Both the position numbers and the translations under genes were made by a program. Shown one piece after another: positions 35,760-45,402 of a stretch of DNA of 64,000 nt. The notes beneath the pieces are model-generated. The model saw only the letters and a program-made list of their open reading frames with translations. It searched no databases and was not told where the DNA came from. Each line of letters starts with the position of its first letter. Position 1 is the first letter of the stretch. The stretch lies in sequence record NC_017972.1. One strand, 5' to 3'.

Positions 35760-36208
35760 AAATCCAGCTGGCGGTGGCGACCGCAAAAGTTTATTACCAC
35801 GGCACGAAAAAGAAGTTTGAAAAGTTCTCTGAGTATCGACCGGCGTTCTTTTCACCTAGTTTGGCTTACGCGCAAGAGTATGGGCCTATCATCATGAAAG
35901 CCCATTTGGATATTCGCCATATTTTCGATACGCGCCACGACAAGCGTGCGGTCGAGATTTACAACGAGTATTTCATACCGTCCGGGCTTGCGCATGCGGA
36001 TGTTGAGCCTATCAAACTGGGCGAACCTGTCGATATGCTGCATGCGGATGAATTGTGGTCGTACTTGGCGGTCCCTGAATACCCGGCGCCGCACTACGAC
36101 GGCATTGCCGTTAGCGAACATGGTGTTAGCTCTTTGGGTGACAAATTCAAAGATGCAGATATCGCCTACGTTCCTCTGCATCCACAACAAATCCATTTGG
36201 TGAAATAA
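35756..36208 (+). CDS. ART-PolyVal-like ADP-ribosyltransferase (tag MKIQLAVA)
   Basis: YYHGT..KFEKF, AFFS..LAYAQEY, YDGI, YVPLHPQQI. Confidence 0.65.
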   Translation: MKIQLAVATAKVYYHGTKKKFEKFSEYRPAFFSPSLAYAQEYGPIIMKAHLDIRHIFDTRHDKRAVEIYNEYFIPSGLAHADVEPIKLGEPVDMLHADELWSYLAVPEYPAPHYDGIAVSEHGVSSLGDKFKDADIAYVPLHPQQIHLVK

Positions 36209-37124
36209 TGAAAATCCAGCTGGCTGTTGCTGGATCGTCCGTGCTCTATCATTTGATCTACATGGAGCACGCGATTACAGCGCTGAAAAACGACAAGTTC
36301 AAACTGGCCCCGGTTAATGAGGGCATCGAATCAGAGTTCGGTACTGCCCAGTATTTCCTGAGTCTGGCGCGTTCTAAGCATTCCGATTACTTCCTAAAAG
36401 AGGCTGGTGATACCCACGTCGTTTTCGTGCTCGACGGGCAGAAAATGAATGCGAATTACCAGATCAAGGCCGTCGATTACTGGCACAAGCAGGCATTCGT
36501 CGATGACGACGAAAAAGAAGATCGCCTGTTCGCAAACAAAATGTACATTCCGTGCATTCGCTACATCAAAGAAATCCACTTCATGAAAGAAAATCCGAAG
36601 TGGAAGGTTAACGACTCGCTAACGCTGGCACTGCTAGCCAAACGTGCTGGGATTCCGCTGTTCCAGTATTCCAGCATGAACGCTTTCCGCATGTTGGATA
36701 AACGCAAGACAATCAAACTTGAAGTTTCTGACAAAAAGAAACGCAAGTTCGGCACCAAAGTTTCCCAACCGTACACGACCGGCGAACTGGAGGCGTGGTA
36801 CGTTGCATCGCAAATTGTTTTTAAAGGCAGCGAAACGCATTACACGCAATACCTGAAAGGCGCCCGCACCAAGCAAGAACAAAGCAGCCGCGATATGATT
36901 GCCCGTCGTATCAAAACGATGATCAGCATGCACGACGTTGGCAGCCAGCCGGTGCGCGATTTCAACCGGCTGCTGGATGCTGCCAAGGAAGGGCCAGACT
37001 ACAATTCCTTGAGAAAATTAAACGTGTCAAACGTAGGCTGCGCGTCGATACCAAAGGCTTTTTGGATTATGTGCGCAAGCGCTGGATGACGCCCGAAGAA
37101 CGCGAACTACATGGACTAGAATAA
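36208..37124 (+). CDS. ADP-ribosyltransferase-like protein, paralogue C (tag MKIQLAVA), with an apparent 1-nt frameshift near 36991
   Basis: LYHL, YFLSLAR, FVLDGQK, VDYW, EKEDR. Frame 0 stops at 37089, but the -1 frame continues with paralogue-like sequence to a TAATG junction at 37124. Confidence 0.6.
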
Positions 37125-39007
37125 TGCGAATTCAACTCGCAGTAGCGGCGGTGCCTTTGAGTATCGCCCGCCCATACGTCAAAGGATGGAACCGGTTCGG
37201 TATTGGCGTGCAGGCCGTCCGCCGAACCATGCCGAAAGGAACCCGAGGCTATAACAAAGGGTATCGCCTGTATCTGCCGATCAAACCGGGAAAACGACCA
37301 AAAGTTGTGGTGCCGAAATTCATTGATCGAGCTATTTCTTCTGCTGGTTACAGAGTCGAGGATTACATTACCGGCATTGCGGTGGACATGGCCGGTAAGC
37401 GTCGAATAAAAATCGGCAAATTGCTCAAAGACGAAGAGCTGCGCAATCAGTTTGCAAACGACCCGCAGCGCGCTGCATTCAAAAACGATTATGTCTGTGT
37501 GATTTCCGCGCATCCTTACGATGTAATCGGTATGTCTACCGGTCGCCGCTGGGACGATACTTCCTGTATGAGATTGGCGCAGCCGGGTGTGCGCGGTGGC
37601 GCTTTCCAATCCACAGTCAAACACGACGTTGCCGAGGGCACGTTGGTTGCCTACGCGATTTCCCCGAACGATAAAAATATCAACAAACCGCATGGCCGTT
37701 TGTTGATTAAACCGTTCTACGATGAACACCGCAATATTCTGTTCCGCGTAGAAACCACGGTCTATGGTACGCCGGTTCCGGGCTTTGTCGAGACGGTGCA
37801 GCGCTGGCTGAAAAAGGTTAACAAAGACGCAGCGCAAGGCATTTACAAAATTGCGGATGGCCTTTACGACGATGGCGTCGGCGAAGCGTTTATCAACGTT
37901 GACGTAGATAAAAAGTCGGATGCAGAGTTGCTTGATTATTGGCGGAAATCCGACCACGCAGATCGCCGGATGCTGATGCGTTCTGATATTCGCTGGGCAA
38001 AACCTGCAATTCTTTTGACCATTGAGAATAATCAGGACGATCTAGACGGCTTGTCCTACGCGCTTGCGACCGTGTTGACCAGAAGCCATATTCTCTATGA
38101 TCAACCAACCTCCAAAAAGATTGCGAAAATCATAGACGAGGTTATGCCAGAAGACGTTGCACAACAGCTGATGTTGGAAATGCTGTCGCACGGTGGCGAA
38201 AAGGTGGTGAGATATTCCACCAAACTCAAGGCCGCAGCAGACACGTACTATGCGTATGATCCTAACAAGAAATTGCGACTTAGTGTGGCGGTGCAGTACG
38301 CCGCTTATGATCCGCGTTTCCTTGGCAACGTTGAAAGCCTTACTTCCGACGACGCACGCGGTATCTCTGGATTGGCACGGTCGTTTATTCGCGGCTCTTC
38401 CAAAGATACAAAAGAATTCCGCCGCTCCAAAATGGAAGGCTCTAAGCTTCTACGCAGGACGCTGGCTGTAATTGCCGCTGCGCTGATGAAAATTCCAAAG
38501 TCGCACAAAGACAAAGGCGAGCACATTGAGAAAATGGCGCGTTGGTTTAAAACCGACGAATTCTACGACGCTCAAGTGTGGAAAGTTCTACAGACTCGCG
38601 CCCTCGGTATGGTTAGCCGCAGCATCGACATAAGCAGCGGCAACCTCGCTGTCGGTTTGTGTGCTCTTGACGATTCGTGGCCGCGCCAGATTAACGAACT
38701 GGTCGAATCCACCGAGTACATCGAAGAAAGCCCCGAAGCGATGCAAAACGTTTGCAATTGCCGCAACACTGCCGCGCAAGGGCAATTGATCGTTAAGCTT
38801 CAAGCTGGTGGTTATATACGCGATCCCGGCTGGCTGCGCGAACATTCGTACATTATCGGCTTGTTGGAAACCATCGTCAAAGACGAAGATGGCGAATGGG
38901 ATGGCACCCGTATCCAGACAATGGCGCGCAATTCGCTGGATAAACTTGCCAAAGTCGCGCCAGCAAATGGAAGACATTTTCAACGAACTGAAAGACGCCG
39001 GATTTGA
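37124..39007 (+). CDS. Large paralogue 1 (tag MRIQLAVA; conserved HPYD-GMSTGR-SCM domain)
   Basis: Shares an N-terminal domain of about 270 aa with 39063 and 41797. Confidence 0.8.
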   Translation: MRIQLAVAAVPLSIARPYVKGWNRFGIGVQAVRRTMPKGTRGYNKGYRLYLPIKPGKRPKVVVPKFIDRAISSAGYRVEDYITGIAVDMAGKRRIKIGKLLKDEELRNQFANDPQRAAFKNDYVCVISAHPYDVIGMSTGRRWDDTSCMRLAQPGVRGGAFQSTVKHDVAEGTLVAYAISPNDKNINKPHGRLLIKPFYDEHRNILFRVETTVYGTPVPGFVETVQRWLKKVNKDAAQGIYKIADGLYDDGVGEAFINVDVDKKSDAELLDYWRKSDHADRRMLMRSDIRWAKPAILLTIENNQDDLDGLSYALATVLTRSHILYDQPTSKKIAKIIDEVMPEDVAQQLMLEMLSHGGEKVVRYSTKLKAAADTYYAYDPNKKLRLSVAVQYAAYDPRFLGNVESLTSDDARGISGLARSFIRGSSKDTKEFRRSKMEGSKLLRRTLAVIAAALMKIPKSHKDKGEHIEKMARWFKTDEFYDAQVWKVLQTRALGMVSRSIDISSGNLAVGLCALDDSWPRQINELVESTEYIEESPEAMQNVCNCRNTAAQGQLIVKLQAGGYIRDPGWLREHSYIIGLLETIVKDEDGEWDGTRIQTMARNSLDKLAKVAPANGRHFQRTERRRI

Positions 39008-39062
39008 TGACGAAGAGGACGACGAAAACGGCCTCTTCGATGATGAGGATTAAGGGGAACCT

Positions 39063-41726
39063 ATGAAAATTCAACTAGCCACCGCAGCCGTAGCCTTACG
39101 CACTGCAATTCGCTACAGCAAAAACTGGAATAAAAACTCGCCGACCGTGCGCCTGTTGCAGTCGATGATGCCCGATGTTCCCGGCCAGAAAAAAGGTTAT
39201 CGTTATTACATCGACCTGAAACGCGATAACAAGCACTATTCGATTCCGCCTGCTGTAAGAAGCGCGGTGAAAAATGCCGGTTTTGTTATCACTGATTACC
39301 TCGCCAAGAAATGCGTAAAGGCCTCCGACAAAGAGCAGAAAAACGTATTCAACATTGGCAAGGTTATCGCCAAAGACCCGCACGCCAAAGCCGCGTTCGA
39401 CAACGATCCGCAATTGCAGAACAGTAAAACCAGCGAAATCAAAATCGTTGTTTCCTGCCACCCATACGACATTATCGGTATGTCCACTGGCCGGGACTGG
39501 GATAAACAATCCTGTATGCGACTCGACGACGGATATCGAAACGTCGGTGACGCTGGCGCCTACCACAGACATGTAGAGCACGACGTGGCCGAGGGCACAT
39601 TGGTGGCGTATGCAATTCGCGCCTCCGATACCAATATTCAAAAGCCGCTGGGCCGTTGCCTGATTAAACCTTTCCTGAATTCGGACGGGTACGAAGAGGG
39701 TGGTGAACATCACATTTTATTCCGTCGCGAAACTGCTATTTACGGAAACGGCGTGCCGGGTTTTGGTCGCGCATTAAATCTGTTTTTGCATAAACTGAAT
39801 GCCAAGGTTCCGTCCGGGTATTATGAGCGTGTACAGAGTCTGTACGATGACGGCGTAGGCGATGACCATCACCACGACGCTGACAGAGCACAAAGCGACA
39901 AAATCGCCGTGAGTGATGTTGTAGAAGATAATCGTTTGATTATCCCATACATGGATCAGATATTTGAGGAAGATGCTTCGGTGCGAGAGGCGTTAGCGCC
40001 CCTGCGAATGAAAGGTCTTGAGCTGCACGATACGGAAGTTACACATCTTGCCGGAATGTTCCGAGAAGATGATGAAGTAAAAGACGAATTGGATTATCTG
40101 ATTCGCAGCGGTCAAGCCACGACTGCGATTTACAAGCTGGCAAAAGCGTTGGACCTTACCCATAAGAATCAGCCATCTAACTATCGCGATATGTCCCGCA
40201 ACGAGCTTGTCGGCCAAGCGACGCTGAAAGACGAAAAAGCGATGGTGGAAATCCTGAATCGTTTGAATAACGAAGAGACTTCCAAATCTGATGCGGATAT
40301 GATTTATACCAGCTGGTGCAAATCCCGCCTGCCTCTGCCGTCGGCTGATCTACTGCTGAAATATCCAAAGGTTACAGTGAAGCTGGCAAGTCTCGCTAAA
40401 GCCAGTATGAACCTGCGTGCCTTCTTTGATGATGGCGACTTTGACGAATTCGCTTTTGCTTTCCGTGACCTGAATGTCGATCCGGCTTCCTACGGCGATC
40501 ACCGCCCGGAACCGGAAGATTTGCTGAATATGATGTACGCGATTGGTCACTACGAGCTGGCGCTGTGCTGCATCTACGAAGAGTACAAATGGTTGGGCGT
40601 CGTGATTTACGACACGGTAAACCACGACTACGCCGACCGCTTCGACAACCGCAAATTGTACCGCGCATTCAGCAAATTGTCCGATTCCAATATGGACGAT
40701 TACATGGATCGTATACGTGAGAAAATCTTTGAACGCATTATGGCGGGCAGCCGCCTCCAGTTCAAAGACGCAAAACCAGACGTACTGGCGCAGTATCTGA
40801 ACGATCCTGATTTGCTGCGTAACAAGGATCGGTGGGAACCTACGCACATTCATCGTTTGATTGATTTCAGCCTGCCACTAGCCATGATGCTGGACATTCC
40901 GAACGACAGTCTACTGCCTCGCGTTTTGCCTGAGTATTACAAGGCCTTGGTTGCCTACGAAGGCGAGCCGCTGGAAGTCCAATCGGTAAGCATGGAATGG
41001 GCAATGCAGCTGCTAGTTTACGCTAACAAGCTGACCAAAGAAAAACCGGATATTGCCAGCAAGATTGCCGAGTTTGAACCGCTTGATACCGCCACCCTGA
41101 TTGAGAAATATCGGGTACGTAATGCGAAGACATACAACTACGAAAAAACCCTTGCTGCTTTCTGCCTAAGTCTGAAAATCGGCCAAGCTGTAGACGGAGA
41201 ACGCCTTAGCGTGATGGACGATCCGGTCTATATGGCAACGGATTTCGATACTGCGGTTATTACCGCACCTCCGCATAAACTGGCGGAAAACATCCACACA
41301 ATTCTCAACAATCTCATTGAGCGTTCGGATATTCGTCAAATTGTGCGGATGCTGGAAACCGTATCGGAGTCCCTGAATTACCAGCCGGATTTCACGTCGC
41401 CCGACGACTACGCCAACGATAAAATGGAAGAAGAAGTCGTAGACGATTTCGACTACCATATTGTTCGTGAGCAATACGAAGAGGAAGGCCGCGATAGACT
41501 GGAAACTGAACTTGCGGCATTCAGGAAAGTTGCCGAGGCCCACGAAACCCTGCGCGAATTCGTTGGTTACGATGATTCCGAAGAAACATTGGATGTAGAT
41601 TTGCCAAACGTTTCTAAGGAAGATTTGGATCAGGCAGGCGGCGATATTTCCATGCTCATTCAAACCGTCAATGGCAACCAATACAGCATTGATGACTCGA
41701 TTATCGAAGCCGAAGGTATGCTGTAA
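39063..41726 (+). CDS. Large paralogue 2 (tag MKIQLATA)
   Basis: Same N-terminal domain, unrelated helical C-terminus. Confidence 0.85.
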   Translation: MKIQLATAAVALRTAIRYSKNWNKNSPTVRLLQSMMPDVPGQKKGYRYYIDLKRDNKHYSIPPAVRSAVKNAGFVITDYLAKKCVKASDKEQKNVFNIGKVIAKDPHAKAAFDNDPQLQNSKTSEIKIVVSCHPYDIIGMSTGRDWDKQSCMRLDDGYRNVGDAGAYHRHVEHDVAEGTLVAYAIRASDTNIQKPLGRCLIKPFLNSDGYEEGGEHHILFRRETAIYGNGVPGFGRALNLFLHKLNAKVPSGYYERVQSLYDDGVGDDHHHDADRAQSDKIAVSDVVEDNRLIIPYMDQIFEEDASVREALAPLRMKGLELHDTEVTHLAGMFREDDEVKDELDYLIRSGQATTAIYKLAKALDLTHKNQPSNYRDMSRNELVGQATLKDEKAMVEILNRLNNEETSKSDADMIYTSWCKSRLPLPSADLLLKYPKVTVKLASLAKASMNLRAFFDDGDFDEFAFAFRDLNVDPASYGDHRPEPEDLLNMMYAIGHYELALCCIYEEYKWLGVVIYDTVNHDYADRFDNRKLYRAFSKLSDSNMDDYMDRIREKIFERIMAGSRLQFKDAKPDVLAQYLNDPDLLRNKDRWEPTHIHRLIDFSLPLAMMLDIPNDSLLPRVLPEYYKALVAYEGEPLEVQSVSMEWAMQLLVYANKLTKEKPDIASKIAEFEPLDTATLIEKYRVRNAKTYNYEKTLAAFCLSLKIGQAVDGERLSVMDDPVYMATDFDTAVITAPPHKLAENIHTILNNLIERSDIRQIVRMLETVSESLNYQPDFTSPDDYANDKMEEEVVDDFDYHIVREQYEEEGRDRLETELAAFRKVAEAHETLREFVGYDDSEETLDVDLPNVSKEDLDQAGGDISMLIQTVNGNQYSIDDSIIEAEGML

Positions 41727-41748
41727 AACAATAATTTGATAGTAAACC

Positions 41749-41778
41749 AAGGGGATTTGGCGACAAGTCCCCTTTCTT
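41749..41778 (+). terminator. Intrinsic terminator
   Basis: AAGGGGATTTG-gcga-CAAGTCCCCTT followed by TCTTT. Confidence 0.75.
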
Positions 41779-41796
41779 TACATTAGGGACGCACAA

Positions 41797-44496
41797 ATGA
41801 AAATTGCGCTCGATTTTATGGGCACCGCAGCCGTTTCTATGCGTAGCGCGTTGAAGTACCGCCGCAATTGGAACAAGGAAAGCCCAACCGTAAAGCTTTT
41901 GCGCACACTGATGCCAAAAGGCTCAAAAGGTTTTCGTGTTTATTCCCCTATCGGCGCAGGTGCCCACGTTAACCATAACGTTCCCCGTGTTCCGGTCGCT
42001 GTGCGTTTAGCCGTACAGCGCGCAGGTTTCCGCATTACCGATTACCTTGCAAAGAAGTGCGTTAAACGTTCCGACAAAGAGCAGAAAAACGTATTCAACA
42101 TTGGCAAGGTTATCGCCAAAGACCCGGTGGCGAAGGCAGCATTCGACAATGACCCGCAGCTGCAAAACAGTTCGACTTCGGAATTTACGCTGGTTGTTTC
42201 GTGCCACCCATACGACATTATCGGTATGTCTACCGGTCGTGATTGGGATAACACTAGCTGTATGCGGTTAAAAGACGACCGCAAAGGCTATAGCGACGGC
42301 TTTAACTCGCGTTATCTTAATCACGATATCTCTGAGGGCACATTGGTTGCGTATGCAATTCGCTCCAATGACCAGAATATTACTGCACCACTGGGCCGGT
42401 GCCTGCTCAAGCCTTTCCTACGCACCGATGACGACGGCAAACAGCTGGTTATGTATCGTAGGGAAACCAAGATTTACGGCAACCCTGTTCCCGGTATGCC
42501 GGAAGCGTTAAGTGTATTTCTTCGCCGCCTGAATGCTGGCGTTCCGACCGGCACGTATTACATGAATTCCCTTCTGTATAACGACGGCGTGGCCGACGTG
42601 CATGAGCACGACGAAGAAAAAGAAGGCAGCAGTAAAATCGATTGGCTGCACGCCAACGAATATGAGATTTTCCGCGACCGTCCGCAAATGTTCCCAGCAT
42701 ACGTGGAATGGATGGTCAAAAACATTAAAGCTGGCGAGGCCCCGGCCAGCAGCGCGGAAACGATGATCGTCACCTTTGCCGAAAACGTTCCGGCCCGCTA
42801 CGTCAAGCAAGCGGCACGCATGATTGATGATCGCGATTTGCTGATTGCGTTTGCTGACCATATGGTGCTTTCGTCCAGTGGCTCTGACGCGAAAACCTAT
42901 AGCAAATTCTGTGCGTCCAAAACTTTCCGCAAACGCTTGGCAGCTGTTGCCGACGAAGCCTATATGCCGGAAAGCTACGCTGTCCTGTCGCACCTTTCCG
43001 CGAAGTATGCACATAAGTTCTTTGAAGAAGAGAAAAGCCGTGGGGCACTAGACGACCACCGCGATTTGGTTAATCTGGCAATGAATACCATTTATGGTTA
43101 CAACAGCCTGACCAAAACCGACATTGAATCGCTGCCGATGCTGCATTCTCTTGTTTATCACTTTGCCAATTATGTGCGCGCCGCGTCCGTTTATGGCATG
43201 ACTGATTATCAGGAAAACGCGCACAAATACCTGTCGATTCTGGCCGAGCCGCAGCCGCTGCCAATCGAAGCTTATGTGTCTTTGCTGGATTACCTCCGAG
43301 ACGATAAAGCAAACGCGCCTATCCTGTTTGCGATGCTCATGGAAGCGATCAAAAACGACAAAGCAAATCAAATTGATTTGTGCCTGACTAGCGGCTTCGA
43401 CACTAAGCTTATGGCGTCGTGCTTGTACGAACGTCGTATGCGCCGCGCCTTGCTGAATCAGCGGAAAAACCTGAGTGCAAAAGGCGCAGAAATGCTGGCC
43501 GATGGCGTTGCGCAGGTTTATACGGATAGCGACGAAGACGAAAACCACAACGCGACCAGCGCGGCCCGCGAACTGACTGCCTACATTCAGAAAAATACGT
43601 TCGATGCTGTGTCGGCAGAAAACGCCCGCACCTTGCAATACAGCGCGCCAGAACTTATTCCGTATCTGTTTGCATCCGGTGTGCAGATCGACCGTGAAAA
43701 CGTCCTGACTGTGTTGGGCAATCAAATGTTTGCGAGGGCTGCTAGAAACATGCCGCGCAACGAGTCGAACAAAAACATCCTGAAAATCGCCGATACCTTT
43801 GTGGGTATTATTTCACCAAACACGGATTTCCAACGCAGAAGGAAAGATCGTCCAGAACCGAGTGACGAATTCCCAGCCGTGGTGGACCCGGAGGTTTTGG
43901 AGCTGATTCGTAAATCGCTGAACGATTTGCCCGCCTACACTTACGACCTAGACAAATACCCGCAGTTGTACAGCACGCAATTCTACAAGGAAGAGCGCCC
44001 GAACCTTTACACTCTGTACACGTCGGGCAAGCTGCAATCTGTGCTAAAACATATGGATTCGGAAGAGTCCGTAGCACTGATGCGTGCGATTGCTAGCGAT
44101 CTTTCTGGTTTATCGCCAGTGCTCGCAACCATGCGTAACGATGATCGAATGCTGGCCGATTCCTACGCCATGACGCAGCTGATGGGCCTTATGCGTTCGG
44201 CTAGTAAATCCGAGGCGATTGATGAATCCGCAAAAACGGTGCAATCCATTGTAAACGCTGTGCGTAATCTGGAAGCGATGGTGCGTGACGTATTCCCACC
44301 AGTTGGCGCGCATATCGACCAATGGCGCAAAGTTGTTCCACAGCTGGCTGATGCGGAATATCCGTTTGCAGATATCGCCGTAAAAGACATGCTGGAAGGC
44401 GTGCAATCGTTGAAGAAACAGACACGGATTTTTGAATTGCTCGATTCCGAGCTGGCGCAATACTACCCGGACGATTGGCCGAAGGTGACTGCATGA
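41797..44496 (+). CDS. Large paralogue 3 (variant tag MKIALDFMGTAAV)
   Basis: Same N-terminal domain, unrelated helical C-terminus. Confidence 0.85.
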   Translation: MKIALDFMGTAAVSMRSALKYRRNWNKESPTVKLLRTLMPKGSKGFRVYSPIGAGAHVNHNVPRVPVAVRLAVQRAGFRITDYLAKKCVKRSDKEQKNVFNIGKVIAKDPVAKAAFDNDPQLQNSSTSEFTLVVSCHPYDIIGMSTGRDWDNTSCMRLKDDRKGYSDGFNSRYLNHDISEGTLVAYAIRSNDQNITAPLGRCLLKPFLRTDDDGKQLVMYRRETKIYGNPVPGMPEALSVFLRRLNAGVPTGTYYMNSLLYNDGVADVHEHDEEKEGSSKIDWLHANEYEIFRDRPQMFPAYVEWMVKNIKAGEAPASSAETMIVTFAENVPARYVKQAARMIDDRDLLIAFADHMVLSSSGSDAKTYSKFCASKTFRKRLAAVADEAYMPESYAVLSHLSAKYAHKFFEEEKSRGALDDHRDLVNLAMNTIYGYNSLTKTDIESLPMLHSLVYHFANYVRAASVYGMTDYQENAHKYLSILAEPQPLPIEAYVSLLDYLRDDKANAPILFAMLMEAIKNDKANQIDLCLTSGFDTKLMASCLYERRMRRALLNQRKNLSAKGAEMLADGVAQVYTDSDEDENHNATSAARELTAYIQKNTFDAVSAENARTLQYSAPELIPYLFASGVQIDRENVLTVLGNQMFARAARNMPRNESNKNILKIADTFVGIISPNTDFQRRRKDRPEPSDEFPAVVDPEVLELIRKSLNDLPAYTYDLDKYPQLYSTQFYKEERPNLYTLYTSGKLQSVLKHMDSEESVALMRAIASDLSGLSPVLATMRNDDRMLADSYAMTQLMGLMRSASKSEAIDESAKTVQSIVNAVRNLEAMVRDVFPPVGAHIDQWRKVVPQLADAEYPFADIAVKDMLEGVQSLKKQTRIFELLDSELAQYYPDDWPKVTA

Positions 44497-44921
44497 AAAT
44501 TCAATTAGCTATTGCAACCGCTAGCGACGACATGAATGCGCGGGTTAGTACCGACGTGCGGGCAGTAATTGCCAAGTCGTACAGCTCGCTATTTTCCAAT
44601 GTATTTTATCAGGTGCTGGATATTCCCGACCGCAGCAAATCGGATATCCGTCTGGTAAAAGAAATGGAAGACGACTACATTCCTGTCGTGGTGACTGTCG
44701 AAGATCAAGACCATAACAAGGTCACGTTTGTTTTCGCGGCTCACCGGATGCAGCCAATGTTGGGTAACGCAAACCCAACTAGAGGCTGGCTGTTGCACGA
44801 AAATAAAGTCGATGAATTCACGCTGGAATCGCGAGTAATCAAGGTGCGCGGCATAGCGTTTGCAATTGCCGCAATGGTTGCCCGGCGTGCCTCCCGCTTT
44901 ATCGATTTTGGCAATAACTGA
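44493..44921 (+). CDS. Hypothetical protein (tag MKIQLAIA)
   Basis: ATGA overlap with the upstream stop. Confidence 0.75.
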   Translation: MKIQLAIATASDDMNARVSTDVRAVIAKSYSSLFSNVFYQVLDIPDRSKSDIRLVKEMEDDYIPVVVTVEDQDHNKVTFVFAAHRMQPMLGNANPTRGWLLHENKVDEFTLESRVIKVRGIAFAIAAMVARRASRFIDFGNN

Positions 44922-45145
44922 TGAATATATTGCTCACCGTAGCCAAGTCCGGTTCTGCTGAGCGTTGGGACGCGTTGCCCTCTTCTGCTGAAAGATTTGA
45001 TAAGGCAAAAGAGGGCAGGGCGCTCAAAGCTAGTGGGAAAAAGAAATCGAAAAAGAAGCGCACACGTTCGGGCATAATTGACGCACCTACAACAGGTACG
45101 GAAATGCGCCAGACGGACGTTAGCTCAAGGGTAGGATTCCCCTAA
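44921..45145 (+). CDS. Small basic protein (tag MNILLTVA)
   Basis: TGATG coupling; Lys-rich. Confidence 0.65.
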   Translation: MNILLTVAKSGSAERWDALPSSAERFDKAKEGRALKASGKKKSKKKRTRSGIIDAPTTGTEMRQTDVSSRVGFP

Positions 45146-45402
45146 TGAAACTGACAATCAAAGGTCGCGCTCGCCAAGACGACACCACGGAAAACCCCAA
45201 GCATACTGGGGTTCGTGCTGCCGATTGGGAAGACGACGACAAAATGATCAAGAACATGCCGCCCGAAAAGAAGAAATCTTTGCTGCGAAATCAGCAAGAT
45301 ATTCCGAACAAAGGCGCGACCATGCCGCACGACTACATTGAGAAAATGCACGTCTCTAAATCGAACTGGCTTAGCCGGTTAGAGCGAGGGCGTGAACGAT
45401 GA
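45145..45402 (+). CDS. Small hypothetical protein (85 aa)
   Basis: TAATG coupling. Confidence 0.65.
   Translation: MKLTIKGRARQDDTTENPKHTGVRAADWEDDDKMIKNMPPEKKKSLLRNQQDIPNKGATMPHDYIEKMHVSKSNWLSRLERGRER

Noticed and set aside
45145-45402. MKLTIKGR as a member of the tagged family
   Set aside because: Only the first two residues match; it lacks the L-A-x-A core.
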